Below, one piece after another: positions 20,233 through 30,854 of a stretch of DNA of 64,000 bases. The stretch's first letter is position 1. Each line of letters starts with the position of its first letter. Source of the DNA: Gloeobacterales cyanobacterium (GTDB lineage: Bacteria > Cyanobacteriota > Cyanobacteriia > Gloeobacterales > PMM-0068). The DNA lies in NCBI GenBank assembly GCA_038245785.1, contig JBBRSB010000001.1:352001-416000 (forward strand). The letters run 5' to 3'. The notes beneath the pieces were generated by a model that was given only the letters and a program-made list of their open reading frames with translations, did no database searches and was not told the origin of the DNA. A program made the translations under genes and the position numbers.

Positions 20233-21068
20233 AACGAGTTTCATGGCTATGGTTGATGCTGGTCAGCCCGGTGTGTTTGAGTGCAGTGATCGCGGCACCC
20301 CTGTCTTATAAGTTGATCTCTAAAAAAGTGAGTTCAGTGCCAGCTGTTGCGCAGACGCTCCAGCGTCCGTTGGCTGCTACGCCTCCCTCTCCAGCCCAGG
20401 ACATGCAAGCTGTAGGAGAAGTCCAGGTCTTTAATCAGAGTGGCACTCCTATCCAAGTAATCTTGACCCGCAAAGATGGAGCCACCCAAGAAAGCTATTG
20501 GAACTTTTCCTCTCGGCAAGGCAAAGATATGCGCCTGAAAGTAGACGAAAAACCGGTGCTGCTCTTCGCTGGAGATGTAATAGCGGCGATCGCCATGGAT
20601 GGCTCACGCAATTTTTGGGGTCCTTTTGTCACCGGACGTCCCAATGTTCCTCTGACATGGGATATCAAGAAAAAAATGTGGACACTGACGATTAATCGAG
20701 GGCTGGAGCCTATCGCTGCGGGCACCGCTCCCTCCTCCAAGAACCCTCCTGTCCCAGCTACGCCCTCAAGCCGCAAGGGTTCTCTACGGGTCGGTAACAC
20801 TACAGATTTAAAAGTAAGAATTGTCCTGACCAAGCGAGATGGTTCTGTCTCCGGTGCCTTCTGGGATTATGAACCACAGGAAGGGAGTGCCGAAGGGGTG
20901 GAATTGGCCCTTGGCGAAACGCCTCTTGTCGTTCAGGAAGGCGATATCTTGATGGCTTTTAGCCCAGAATTCCCAGACCGCTTTTGGGGACCCGATATTA
21001 TTGGAGCCACCCCCGCTCCTTTTTGGGACAACAAGCGTAGAGTCTGGAGCGCTTTGTTAAAGCCTTAG
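20229..21068 (+). CDS. Secreted hypothetical protein with two tandem homologous domains
   Basis: Signal peptide; two ~90-aa repeats (V.LT.KDG..W..GD...FWGP..W...W); GTGA overlap with the chaperonin stop. Confidence 0.7.
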   Translation: MKRVSWLWLMLVSPVCLSAVIAAPLSYKLISKKVSSVPAVAQTLQRPLAATPPSPAQDMQAVGEVQVFNQSGTPIQVILTRKDGATQESYWNFSSRQGKDMRLKVDEKPVLLFAGDVIAAIAMDGSRNFWGPFVTGRPNVPLTWDIKKKMWTLTINRGLEPIAAGTAPSSKNPPVPATPSSRKGSLRVGNTTDLKVRIVLTKRDGSVSGAFWDYEPQEGSAEGVELALGETPLVVQEGDILMAFSPEFPDRFWGPDIIGATPAPFWDNKRRVWSALLKP

Positions 21069-21547
21069 GATTCTAGCCAGGGTAATTTTTCAGGCCAGCT
21101 AAAGTCTCCCCATTCCTTAGCTCGTTTGAGATGAAGGGGGTGGGGCATTCGTTCGTAGCCTTTATCTCCAGGCACGGTGATTACATAGACAAAGCCCGTC
21201 CCCCCAGCCCGAATCCCAATTCCCCGCAGAACCTGAGCCGCCTCCAACAAAAACCAGTGAGAGGTGCCCTGGCGGTCTTTTTCCATAAATTGACGCACAG
21301 GAATGACTACGTGCTGAGGCTTATAGCGGTCCCAGCCTCCTGCCTCCAGACTATCCAATTGGGCCCAGCCACCCAAGGGAATATCAAGGTCGGGATATTC
21401 GCCCTTACGTTTTCCCCAGGTGACCAGAGCTGCCCCTTTAGTCCCGACCACGGGTAATTGGGCATGGGGAATGGGAAAGTAGGTCCGACGATGCTCGATT
21501 TGCCCGGACTTTGGATTATGGGCTTTGTACTCTACGCCACCGCACAT
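21065..21547 (-). CDS. Short SRAP/HMCES-like protein
   Basis: N-terminal MCG, WG, F.E and RMP motifs as in the SRAP family. Confidence 0.55.
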   Translation of the reverse strand: MCGGVEYKAHNPKSGQIEHRRTYFPIPHAQLPVVGTKGAALVTWGKRKGEYPDLDIPLGGWAQLDSLEAGGWDRYKPQHVVIPVRQFMEKDRQGTSHWFLLEAAQVLRGIGIRAGGTGFVYVITVPGDKGYERMPHPLHLKRAKEWGDFSWPEKLPWLES

Positions 21548-21887
21548 GAGTTCGCATTGTCTGTGGACACGTACATCTACTTTATCTGGTCAAAGACTGC
21601 GTGACCTACGCCATAGTAGCGAAGCGTTCGCAAACTCTTGCTAGGCTAAGATAAGTATTTAAGGAACGACAGAGCGAGATTTACCACCTATAGAGCACCT
21701 GTTGAAAAAAATTGAGCAATATTGACCGCAGAATATCCTCTTGCTAAATCTTAGACACGTGCAAACTTTTCATGGTTTTTCTCCAAGCCGCTTGAACAAA
21801 ATTAAGAAATTCTAGTTTTTAGCTTTTTGATGACAGCTCATTGTATAACTTTAGGTTTCTTTCCAAATTCCAAAAATAGAGAGCTTG

Positions 21888-23516
21888 ATGTTAAAAAGTA
21901 AACAGTGGTTGGCACACAAAGAAAATCAGATAGTGGTCCTTCTGTTATTTAGCGGACTACTGTTTAGAAGTATAATTGCTACTTTTCTATCTCCTGGTTT
22001 TGATGAATCCTATTACTATCTCTATGCACTCCATCTTGATTGGAGTTATTTTGATCACCCACCCCTGATTGCATTCACAACAGGATTAGGGCCGTGGCTC
22101 ACAGGCGAAGTCTCTCAGTTCACCATTCGCATAGGTTCTCTACTTTTATACACAGGTACACTGACATTTTTGTATCTAACGAGTGCCCAATTATTTTCTA
22201 AACGAGCGGCGACTTGGACACTAGCAATTGCAACGACCATCCCCATTTTTCAAATTGTTTTTGGAACCCTGAATCTACCAGATGTTCCCTTGATGTTCTT
22301 TTGGTCAGCAAGTCTATATGTTGCTGCCTGCGAGTTTTTTCACAAATCTAAAACTTACGCTCCTAGCTATCGTATTGCCATCCTTGGTTTGTTGGTGGGC
22401 TTAGCTTTCTTAGGAAAATATCATGGTGCTCTTTTAGGCCTAGGCTTAGTGGCTTTTTGCCTAACAAACCCCCGTCATCGCTCGGCCCTATTTTCTCCCT
22501 GGACAGCATTAGGAGTGACTATATTTTTAGCTACTATCTCCCCTGTATTGTTTTGGAATATGAATCATGATTGGGCCTCTTTTCGCTTTCAATCAGGACG
22601 AGTTGTTCCTAGTAATAGCTTAAAAATAAATGATTTGTTTACTACATTTCTCGTGGGCTTAGGTTATCTGTTTCCCACTTTAGGATTGCCCCTGTGGTGG
22701 GTAACTCTAAAGGCAACTTTTGCTCAGGTGATGCCTATCATTAATCCAAAAATAATTCCTATAGAACAAGAGAGTAGTCAGAAACAACGGATGATTTTAT
22801 GGGTGTCTTTACCCATTTTTCTATGGTTCACCTTCATTGGCGGATATCAACCGATCCTTCCTAGCTGGCCAATGCCAGGATTCTTTGGGGCTACGTTACT
22901 ATTAGGACTACAGGCGTCCATCTGGGAAAGTAAATTTCCGCAACGGGTACGCTCTTGGTTGCAAGGCTCAGCCGCTGTTATAGTCTCCCTTATGCTTTTT
23001 GCCCTGCTCCATGTGACCTGGGGAATCATTCAAAAGCCTGGACAATATGCCTTAGGAGGCGGATTTTGGCCCGCTAAAGACGACAGCTCAACTCAACTGA
23101 TTGATATCCAGCAGCTTCGTCAGGGCTTTATCCAATCACCTGTCCTGAGGAAAGCTTTAGCTCGTGCTGATTTTGTCTTTACCAATAGATATTTTCTGGG
23201 AGGACAGATTGCGATGGCCTTGACACCGATCGAGAATAAGAGAATCACTTGTTTCGATGCAGACCTTCGTGGATTTGCCTTTTGGTCAAAAGATACTGAA
23301 GGGCTGAATAAGGATGCTCTTTACATTACCTCTGAACTCTTTGGACAAGGGGAAGACATAAACGCAAAATATGGCAGCTATTTCCGTTCAATTGAAAAGA
23401 TTGGGGAAGTTCCCATTCGCCGAGGAGGGGTAGTGGTACAGGTCTTTAATGTTTACTATGCTAAAACTTTACTCAAACCCTATCCACGACCCTATGGTTT
23501 GAAATCACCATCTTAG
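21888..23516 (+). CDS. GT39/ArnT-like membrane glycosyltransferase
   Basis: DESYY..LDWSYFDHPP, LGKY, multiple TM helices. Confidence 0.85.
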   Translation: MLKSKQWLAHKENQIVVLLLFSGLLFRSIIATFLSPGFDESYYYLYALHLDWSYFDHPPLIAFTTGLGPWLTGEVSQFTIRIGSLLLYTGTLTFLYLTSAQLFSKRAATWTLAIATTIPIFQIVFGTLNLPDVPLMFFWSASLYVAACEFFHKSKTYAPSYRIAILGLLVGLAFLGKYHGALLGLGLVAFCLTNPRHRSALFSPWTALGVTIFLATISPVLFWNMNHDWASFRFQSGRVVPSNSLKINDLFTTFLVGLGYLFPTLGLPLWWVTLKATFAQVMPIINPKIIPIEQESSQKQRMILWVSLPIFLWFTFIGGYQPILPSWPMPGFFGATLLLGLQASIWESKFPQRVRSWLQGSAAVIVSLMLFALLHVTWGIIQKPGQYALGGGFWPAKDDSSTQLIDIQQLRQGFIQSPVLRKALARADFVFTNRYFLGGQIAMALTPIENKRITCFDADLRGFAFWSKDTEGLNKDALYITSELFGQGEDINAKYGSYFRSIEKIGEVPIRRGGVVVQVFNVYYAKTLLKPYPRPYGLKSPS

Positions 23517-23569
23517 TAATGGTAAAACTCATGATTCCGCAGGAATGCATTCTTTCCTGACTGAGGTTC

Positions 23570-24115
23570 TCACCTGGACTCTTTCAATATTTCAAGAGCT
23601 TCATCGCACCAATCTACCCACTCTGCCTCAAAGCGCATTCCCCGACGCAGGGTGAGATGCATTAATTGTTCTTTCCAGGTTGGGGCTGTGGGATTTGGCA
23701 AAACGGTAGGCTCGATCGCTTGATAGTTCTGTAGCGCCTTCAAATGGAGATTTCGTCTCCGCTCCACTTCTGCAATCAGGTCCTCTGTCGGAACGAGATT
23801 CCCTGCAGAAATCTTAATCAGTAAATCCTCTCGAATCACGCAGGGATGACTGGGTTCAGCTAACCACTTAAGCAGGCTTTGCTTGCCCAGATCGGTAATC
23901 GAGTAAATTTTTTTATCTAGCCGTCCTTCACGCGGTATCGCTTCCGCAGTAACCAAGCCTTCAGACTCTAGTTTCGCTAGCTCCCTATAGATCTGCTGTT
24001 GAGCGGCATTCCAAAAAAAACCAAGCGTCTCGCTGAATTGTTTCGACAAATCATACCCACTCTGAGGGGTTTCTATGAGGCAAGAGAGGATTGCTGCTGC
24101 TAAAGCCGTAGTCAT
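23570..24115 (-). CDS. PadR-family transcriptional regulator
   Basis: SGYDLSKQF..QIYREL..KKIYSIT..G; C-terminal WVDWC. Confidence 0.9.
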   Translation of the reverse strand: MTTALAAAILSCLIETPQSGYDLSKQFSETLGFFWNAAQQQIYRELAKLESEGLVTAEAIPREGRLDKKIYSITDLGKQSLLKWLAEPSHPCVIREDLLIKISAGNLVPTEDLIAEVERRRNLHLKALQNYQAIEPTVLPNPTAPTWKEQLMHLTLRRGMRFEAEWVDWCDEALEILKESR

Positions 24116-24307
24116 AGGTTGAAAGACAGAACTACCCCAAATATAGGGGGCAAATTGTCAAAAGTGATTTTTGCAGGTTCCTTGCCCCCGTGCCTTCGAG
24201 CACCTGCTCATCCCTAAACGCTATCATTGGATACAACAATTTTTATTCAACTAATTGTATTATATTGCTTGTATAGAATTCATTTCCAAGACAGCGAGGA
24301 TGACTTT

Positions 24308-25531
24308 ATGCAGAATACTGATGAGCGACCGCAGGCATCAGCCTCTCTATTCCTTCGAAAATTGTTGCCTCCGAAGCGCTGGATGCTGGGTCTAGGGACG
24401 GGTACAGCTTTGATAACGCTTGCCCTCTCTGGCTACTTTCTGCGACCGTTGATCGCGGGATTTCAGTCTTCTACGCCCCAACCTGTGCTGCGTCGCCCCG
24501 TGATTAAAGCCGTTACAGCGCTGGGGCGGTTAGAGCCTCAGGGAGAAGTGATTCAACTGGCGGCTTCCACTCAGGGAGGCCGACTGCAGCAGTTGTTGGT
24601 CAAGGTGGGTGATCAGGTCCAAAAAGGACAAGTGATTGCTGTTTTGGATACTCATGATCGCTTGCAAGCGGCCCTGAATCAGGCAAAACGACGGGTAGCA
24701 GTAGCACAAACTCGGTTGGCACAGGTAGAGGCAGGGGCAAAGACGGGAGAGATTAACGCCCAGAGAGCAATGGTTGCCCGGATTTCCGTCCAGCAACGGG
24801 AGGATGTTGCTGCAAAATCTGCCATCGTCCGCCGTTTAGAAGCTGAGGTTCGCAATGCTCAATTGGAATATCAACGCTATGAATCTCTTTACCAACAGGG
24901 AGCGGTTTCAGCTTCACTGCGGGATAACAAAAAATTAGCCCATGAGGTGACCCTACAGCAGCTCAATGAAGCAAAAACCAATCGCAATCAAGTGGCTGAA
25001 ACGCTGGCCAAACAAGTTCAAGAAGCTGAAGCTACGCTTGACCAGATTACGGAAGTGCGTCCTGTAGACGTAGAGGCCGCGAGGGCTGAAGTGCGGAGTG
25101 CAGAGGTCGCCGTTCAACAAGCGCAAGCGGAGCTAGATTTAGCCTCGATCAAGGCACCCAGGAGGGGTCAAATTCTCAAAGTTCAAACCTGGGAAGGCGA
25201 AAGTATCGATAGCCAAAAGGGGATTGTGGCGCTGGGCCAAACAGATCAGATGTACGCCGTTGCAGAAGTGTATGAAACCGATTTACCCAGAATTCGCTTG
25301 GGTCAACTGGCTACGATTACCCGTAATACCGGGGGTTCCTTAACCCAGCCGCTGCATGGTGTTGTGGATGAAGTGGGTTTAGAAGTTGCCAAGAAAGACG
25401 TTTTGAATACAGATCCAGCGGCTGATCTTGATGCACGGGTAGTTGAAGTGAAAATTCGCCTTAATCCGCTCGATAGCCAGAAGGTTAAAGGGCTCACCAA
25501 TATGAAAGTGAAAGTAGCGATCAACCTGTAG
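24308..25531 (+). CDS. devB: DevB-like ABC exporter membrane-fusion protein
   Basis: VTALGRLEPQGEVI, long coiled coil, AEVYETD, DARVVEVKIRL. Confidence 0.85.
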   Translation: MQNTDERPQASASLFLRKLLPPKRWMLGLGTGTALITLALSGYFLRPLIAGFQSSTPQPVLRRPVIKAVTALGRLEPQGEVIQLAASTQGGRLQQLLVKVGDQVQKGQVIAVLDTHDRLQAALNQAKRRVAVAQTRLAQVEAGAKTGEINAQRAMVARISVQQREDVAAKSAIVRRLEAEVRNAQLEYQRYESLYQQGAVSASLRDNKKLAHEVTLQQLNEAKTNRNQVAETLAKQVQEAEATLDQITEVRPVDVEAARAEVRSAEVAVQQAQAELDLASIKAPRRGQILKVQTWEGESIDSQKGIVALGQTDQMYAVAEVYETDLPRIRLGQLATITRNTGGSLTQPLHGVVDEVGLEVAKKDVLNTDPAADLDARVVEVKIRLNPLDSQKVKGLTNMKVKVAINL

Positions 25532-25563
25532 ACCGTGAATCATTCTCAAAGGAAATAGAAGCC

Positions 25564-26721
25564 ATGAAACGCAGAATCTTTTTAGCCTGGAGACAACTTT
25601 CACGGGAGCGCACACGTATCTTGGTCGCCATCGCAGGCATTGCTTTTGCGAATGTGCTGATGTTTCTGCAAATTGGATTTCGTAGCGCTCTGTTTAATGG
25701 TGCTGTTCAGCTTCATGACAGTTTAGACGGCGATATTGTGCTGGTGAGTGACCGCTACAAGGCGTTGATTGCCCTCGATCGTTTTACAGAACGGCGTTTG
25801 TATCAGGCCTTTGGCTATGAAGGTGTACAGTCCGTTAGCCCTGTGTATTTACAGCCCGTTCAGTGGAAGAATCCAGAAAACAAGCAAATTTGGAATCTCT
25901 ATGCCATTGGTTTTAATCCAGATGACCATGTAATCAATCTGCCTGCAGTACAGGCCAATCTAGAAAAACTGAAACAACCGGATACCGTGATCTTTGATCA
26001 AGGTTCACGGGCAGAGTTTGGGCCTGTTACTCAGCTATTTAAAGAGCATGGTGTATTCAGCACTGAAGTCGAGAATCGGCAGGTGGAAGTTGTAGGACTA
26101 TTCAAGCTAGGAACTTCGTTTGGTATCAACGGCAATCTGATTACGAGCGATATTAATTTTTTACGTCTGTTCCACGAGAGGCGACAAAAAGGACTAATTG
26201 ATATCGGTGTGATCAAATTGGAATCGGGAGCCAATGCCGCACAAGTGCTGCAGAATTTGCGTTCGGGCCTCCCGGATGATGTACGCATTATGTCCAAGCA
26301 AGAATTTATGGATCAGGAGAAAAGCTTTTGGAATACGAGTACGCCCGTCGGCTATGTGTTTGATTTAGGTGCCGTGATTGGCTTTATCGTTGGGGCTGTC
26401 ATTGTCTATCAAATTCTCTATAGCGACGTCTCGGATCACCTGCCAGAGTATGCGACGCTGAAAGCGATTGGTTTTAAAGACCGTTATCTATTATTAGTTG
26501 TCTTTCAAGAATCTTTAATTCTGGCAGCGATGGGATTCATTCCTGGCTTTTTAATTTCACTAGGGTTCTATCAAGTGACACGTCAAGCAACTTTGTTGCC
26601 TATGTTGATGACTCTTGATCGAGCCTTATTTGTATTAGTTTTAACAGCGTTCATGTGTTCTATTTCTGCAGTCATTGCCATTCGTAAACTTCAATCTGCC
26701 GATCCAGCGGAGGTATTTTAA
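25564..26721 (+). CDS. devC: DevC-like ABC permease
   Basis: LAWRQL..GIAFA..LMFLQIGF, YQILYSDVSDHLPEYATLKAIG, ADPAEVF. Confidence 0.88.
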   Translation: MKRRIFLAWRQLSRERTRILVAIAGIAFANVLMFLQIGFRSALFNGAVQLHDSLDGDIVLVSDRYKALIALDRFTERRLYQAFGYEGVQSVSPVYLQPVQWKNPENKQIWNLYAIGFNPDDHVINLPAVQANLEKLKQPDTVIFDQGSRAEFGPVTQLFKEHGVFSTEVENRQVEVVGLFKLGTSFGINGNLITSDINFLRLFHERRQKGLIDIGVIKLESGANAAQVLQNLRSGLPDDVRIMSKQEFMDQEKSFWNTSTPVGYVFDLGAVIGFIVGAVIVYQILYSDVSDHLPEYATLKAIGFKDRYLLLVVFQESLILAAMGFIPGFLISLGFYQVTRQATLLPMLMTLDRALFVLVLTAFMCSISAVIAIRKLQSADPAEVF

Positions 26722-26723
26722 TT

Positions 26724-27440
26724 ATGAGCTATGAGTTACAAGAATCTGCCATCTCTATCCAAAATATAAACTACTACTATGGTCAGGGACACCTGCGCAA
26801 ACAGGTTTTATTTGATGTCAGCCTAGAAGTGCAAGCAGGCGAGATCGTGATCATGACTGGCCCGTCTGGCTCAGGAAAAACCACCCTCTTAAGTCTGATT
26901 GGATGTCTACGGGCATCGCAAGAAGGCAGTCTCAGGATTTTGGGTCAAGAGCTACGGGATGCCGCTCAAGAACAACTGGTAGAATCTCGACGAAAACTAG
27001 GCTATATCTTCCAAACGCATAATTTATTGAAGTTTCTGACGGCACAGGAAAATGTGCAAATGCCTCTAGAACTCCATGATCTTGCCTTCGAAAAAGCACA
27101 GGCAAAAGCCAAAAAGATGCTGCTCGAAGTTGGCCTAGAGGAACGGGCCGATTACTATCCAGAGAATCTTTCTGGTGGGCAAAAGCAACGCGTTGCCATC
27201 GCCCGTGCTCTGGTCACCAATCCTAAAATTGTGCTTGCTGACGAACCAACGGCGTCACTCGATAAGCAGTCTGGTCGCGATGTGGTGGAATTAATGCAGA
27301 AGCTAGCGAAAGAACAGGGCTGCACCATTCTGCTCGTAACTCATGACAACCGCATTCTCGATATTGCCGACCGAATTGTTCATATGGAAGACGGGCGATT
27401 GGTAACGGATGCTGTTTTGGATTTTTCGAAATCAAATTAA
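26724..27440 (+). CDS. devA: DevA-like ABC ATPase
   Basis: GPSGSGKT, LSGGQKQRVAIARAL, LADEPT, VTHDNRI. Confidence 0.88.
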   Translation: MSYELQESAISIQNINYYYGQGHLRKQVLFDVSLEVQAGEIVIMTGPSGSGKTTLLSLIGCLRASQEGSLRILGQELRDAAQEQLVESRRKLGYIFQTHNLLKFLTAQENVQMPLELHDLAFEKAQAKAKKMLLEVGLEERADYYPENLSGGQKQRVAIARALVTNPKIVLADEPTASLDKQSGRDVVELMQKLAKEQGCTILLVTHDNRILDIADRIVHMEDGRLVTDAVLDFSKSN

Positions 27441-27462
27441 GGTTTAGAGGAGAAGCGTTACT

Positions 27463-27918
27463 ATGTATCACTCCATTGTTAGAAGGATTGTGCGTCAAGG
27501 CTTCCAGCACCTCAGTTCAGGAGAGAGTGAAGCTGTCCTCAAATCATTCGCGCCTGACGTTACTTTTTGCTTTTTAGGAAATCATGCCTTGGGTGGTGAA
27601 CAGCATGGTGTCCCTGCCGTACGGGAATATTTCAAGCACATCTACCGTCTGTTTCCTGGCATTCAGATCGAGTCACAGGCAATCATGGTGCATGGGTGGC
27701 CGTGGGACACCATTGTGACCACGCGCTTTGTCGTTCGTGCCCCCTTGCCCGATGGCCGCACCTATACCAATGAGGGAATGCAGTTTATGCGCTTGCGCTG
27801 GGGCCGCGCTGTTGAGGATTACCTCTACGAGGATACACACAAGCTTATAGAAGCACTGCAATACCTCGCTCAACAGGGAGTAAATGAGGCGCTTGCAGCA
27901 CCGTTAGCTGTAAAGTGA
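27463..27918 (+). CDS. SnoaL/NTF2-like protein
   Basis: FAPDVTF..G.HALGG, GWPW, LRWGR..ED.LYEDT. Confidence 0.75.
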   Translation: MYHSIVRRIVRQGFQHLSSGESEAVLKSFAPDVTFCFLGNHALGGEQHGVPAVREYFKHIYRLFPGIQIESQAIMVHGWPWDTIVTTRFVVRAPLPDGRTYTNEGMQFMRLRWGRAVEDYLYEDTHKLIEALQYLAQQGVNEALAAPLAVK

Positions 27919-28117
27919 CATGCTCTACATCCCTTTGGGCTTTTTGTCTGGAACTTCTATATGTTGCGACCTGCAATAATAAACAGACGTGGCCAGCTGT
28001 TGCAACGGATCAATCCACTAGCCCTAAAGACAATCGCGCTGAGGGGTGATATCGCATTCAGGTGGCGTTGAAAGCCATATGTTAGGATTAAGCGTATCTG
28101 TGGCCAGTAAAGGATAT

Positions 28118-28741
28118 ATGCCGACGCTGATCGCTACCGAACTAACCCTTGCTCAACTTCGCGATCGCTTTGGCATTGTCCGATCCAGCGAGGCTAATTT
28201 CTTCGGGGAATGGTTCGCCCCCTACACAGAAATTACAGAAGCCGAACAGACAGCCCTTGATCGAGTGCAGCAAAACTACCTCAGCCAACTCGAGGTTCAA
28301 TCACTCAATGAAGAAACAGTCAAAATGGTTGTGGTCTCCCCGCTGCTAGACATTGCTGGACTTTATCGCTATCCCTTCACGATCGACTCAGAAGTCAGTA
28401 TCGAAATTCAAGAAACTGATGAAAATGGTGTTGCATTAGTTGGACGAATCGATACGTTGATCGTAAAAAAACAATTATGGATTTTGGTGGTTGAATCAAA
28501 ACGGTCTCGCTTCTCGGTGCAGGCAGCCGTTCCCCAGGCACTTGCCTATTTGCTAGCCAAACCACAAACCACCCAACCTGGCTACGCTTTAATCACCAAC
28601 GGTGGCGAATTTTTGTTCATTAAGCTGCTTGGCCAAGAATCCCCAAGCTATGATTTCTCCGATACCTTTTCACTGTTAAATCGTGGCAATGATTTGTTCA
28701 AAGTTCTATGCGTTTTGAAACGAATCGCCGTAGCACTATAA
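28118..28741 (+). CDS. Stand-alone HsdR-N-like PD-(D/E)xK nuclease domain protein
   Basis: NEETVK, GRIDTLI..VVESKR, QALAY, ITNG motifs. Confidence 0.75.
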   Translation: MPTLIATELTLAQLRDRFGIVRSSEANFFGEWFAPYTEITEAEQTALDRVQQNYLSQLEVQSLNEETVKMVVVSPLLDIAGLYRYPFTIDSEVSIEIQETDENGVALVGRIDTLIVKKQLWILVVESKRSRFSVQAAVPQALAYLLAKPQTTQPGYALITNGGEFLFIKLLGQESPSYDFSDTFSLLNRGNDLFKVLCVLKRIAVAL

Positions 28742-29635
28742 CCCAATATTCACAGGCCATACATACTTTTCGCTCTTTCCCCCAGCCCAAGAACGTGCAA
28801 CAACTTTCCGGCTGCTCCGAGTGAGTTGAGCCAGGCAGCATGGCACCAATGGCAGGGCCGTAGTTTAGAGGGGCGCAGCCGCATAGAAGAGCAGAGCCTT
28901 TTGGGTTCCGTAACCAACACGCTATGGAGCACTCATAAAAGTCATAACAAAAGTAGTCACAAGTCAGTCAATCTCAGTCTTTAACTCAGTCATCAGTAAG
29001 TTTTACTGAATAGGTACGGGTTGGTCAACTGACTGGAGCGATTAAGGAGAATAACTTACCCTATCCGTCACCACCATTATCAGACGGTGGGTTTGAAAAT
29101 GACGGGAACTTTCAAGATGGTTTCCCCCTAGATGGCTATCCATCTCCACCGTTATCGGAGGGTATGGATTTGGGATTTGTGGTTGACAATGAACTATACC
29201 AAGAGTTGTATGACAGCGACCCATTAGAAGGGTTATCGAGCTTGGAAGAAGATAGCTTTGAGAAGGTGCCAGTTATCACGCCAATCCATCAGAGTCATCG
29301 GAGGATATGGGAAGTGCTGGTTCTGGTCCCTACACCTGGGAGATAAACGACTCTACATCTGAGAGCGAGGGGGAAGTATAGAGCGATCGCCAAGCTTGCG
29401 GTTCGGTAATGGTTGAACGGTACGGAGGCGATCGTCTGAGTTGAGGGGCGATGCTCTGACAGGGATGCTATGCGTTCGCGGGTAAGATTCAGAGGGGTAA
29501 TCTCGTCCGGTTTGCCGATGCGATCGCGCTTTTTCAAGACATGACAGTTGGCTGCATGGAGAATTCCTTGTACAATTACTCAGCTTAGTTGTTAGTGTTG
29601 GGTTCGCTTAACCCGATAAAGATCATTGAATAAAA

Positions 29636-29911
29636 ATGCGATTTGACTGGAATGACGACAAAAGCAACCTTCTCAAACAGAATCGAGGCTACTCCCTTGA
29701 AGAAGTTGCTGCCATCTTAGCTGGCGAATATGTAGAGCGGGTGAAACGAGATGACCCAGAACAATTTATTGCGATCGGCTATCTGGGGAATACTCTGTTA
29801 TCGGTCATATATGAAGTTCGCTATGATGATGAAGGGGAATACGTCTGGTTAATTACTTACTGGCAAAGTACGAGAAGAGAGAGAGAAATCTATGAGCAAT
29901 ATCTCTACTGA
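29636..29911 (+). CDS. BrnT-family toxin
   Basis: MRFDWNDDKS..LKQNRG.S; AIG; LIT.W..T..E. Confidence 0.8.
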   Translation: MRFDWNDDKSNLLKQNRGYSLEEVAAILAGEYVERVKRDDPEQFIAIGYLGNTLLSVIYEVRYDDEGEYVWLITYWQSTRREREIYEQYLY

Positions 29912-30176
29912 AGAACTCGAACAGAAAATTGAGGCAGGGGAAGAAGTCGTTGATCGCTATTTTGACGCTACGGCCACAAGAGTCGGCACGCCTCGTCAAA
30001 TGACTTCGCGCAGACGACAGGATTTAGTGACAACAAACCTGGAAATGCCTCGCCCGATGCTAAACGAACTCGATCAATTGGCTGATGAACTCAACATAAG
30101 TTCTCAAGCCGTGATTAAAATGATGCTGAGGCGTGCTCTTGATGAACACTATCTTGCCAAGAAATCAGTCTCATAG
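29892..30176 (+). CDS. BrnA/CopG-like antitoxin
   Basis: Overlaps the toxin; C-terminal RHH (NLEMPRPMLNELDQLADELNISSQAVIK). Confidence 0.75.
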   Translation: MSNISTEELEQKIEAGEEVVDRYFDATATRVGTPRQMTSRRRQDLVTTNLEMPRPMLNELDQLADELNISSQAVIKMMLRRALDEHYLAKKSVS

Positions 30177-30227
30177 CGTCTAGCGCTGCCAGCACAAGTA
30201 AATCTTTTAGATTTCTGTGTCAGACTT

Positions 30228-30818
30228 CTAAATCTCTCTCCGCCCTTCTAGCGCACGGGCCAAAGTAACTTCATCGGCATATTCTAAATCTGCACCCATC
30301 GGTAAACCAAAGGCAATGCGGGTGACGCGGGTGAAGGGCTTGAGCAGTTTACCAACGTAGAGCGTGGTGGTTTCCCCTTCGACGCTGGGATTAATCGCCA
30401 GAATTACTTCCTGAATTTCATCGCTGCTAACCCGTTGAATCAGTTCTTTGATATGCAGCTGTTCGGGACCAATGCCATCCATCGGAGAAATCAGTCCCCC
30501 AAGGATGTGGTAGTAGCCTCGATATTCACGAGTTTTTTCTAGAGCCACTAAATCTCTAGGTTCAGCGATTACGCAGAGGGAGGCTAGATCTCGATTCGTA
30601 TTGCTACAGAGCTCACAGATTGGGTCTACCGACAGGTTGAAACAGCGGGTGCAGGTTCCGACCTGTTCGGTGCAGTCAATCAAAGCTTGAGCAAGTTGTT
30701 GAACTTCTTGCTTGGGTCGTTTTAGGGCATGGAAAGCCAGCCGTTGAGCAGTTTTAGGGCCAATGCCAGGAAGGCGCTGAAACTGCTCAATCAAGCGAGC
30801 AAGAGGGCGAGTATACAT
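30228..30818 (-). CDS. recR: Recombination mediator RecR
   Basis: [13 protein letters not shown], CxxC-Cxx[18 protein letters not shown]. Confidence 0.95.
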   Translation of the reverse strand: MYTRPLARLIEQFQRLPGIGPKTAQRLAFHALKRPKQEVQQLAQALIDCTEQVGTCTRCFNLSVDPICELCSNTNRDLASLCVIAEPRDLVALEKTREYRGYYHILGGLISPMDGIGPEQLHIKELIQRVSSDEIQEVILAINPSVEGETTTLYVGKLLKPFTRVTRIAFGLPMGADLEYADEVTLARALEGRREI

Positions 30819-30854
30819 GAGGTTGGCCCAAAATGGGCGGTTTTAGAACAAGCC

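Noticed and set aside
24308..27440. devBCA as evidence of heterocysts
   Set aside because: DevBCA-like exporters are widespread in non-heterocystous cyanobacteria; this one is linked to PadR and SnoaL genes.
28118..28741. Type I restriction-modification system
   Set aside because: Only a short HsdR-N-like domain is present; no helicase, hsdM or hsdS.
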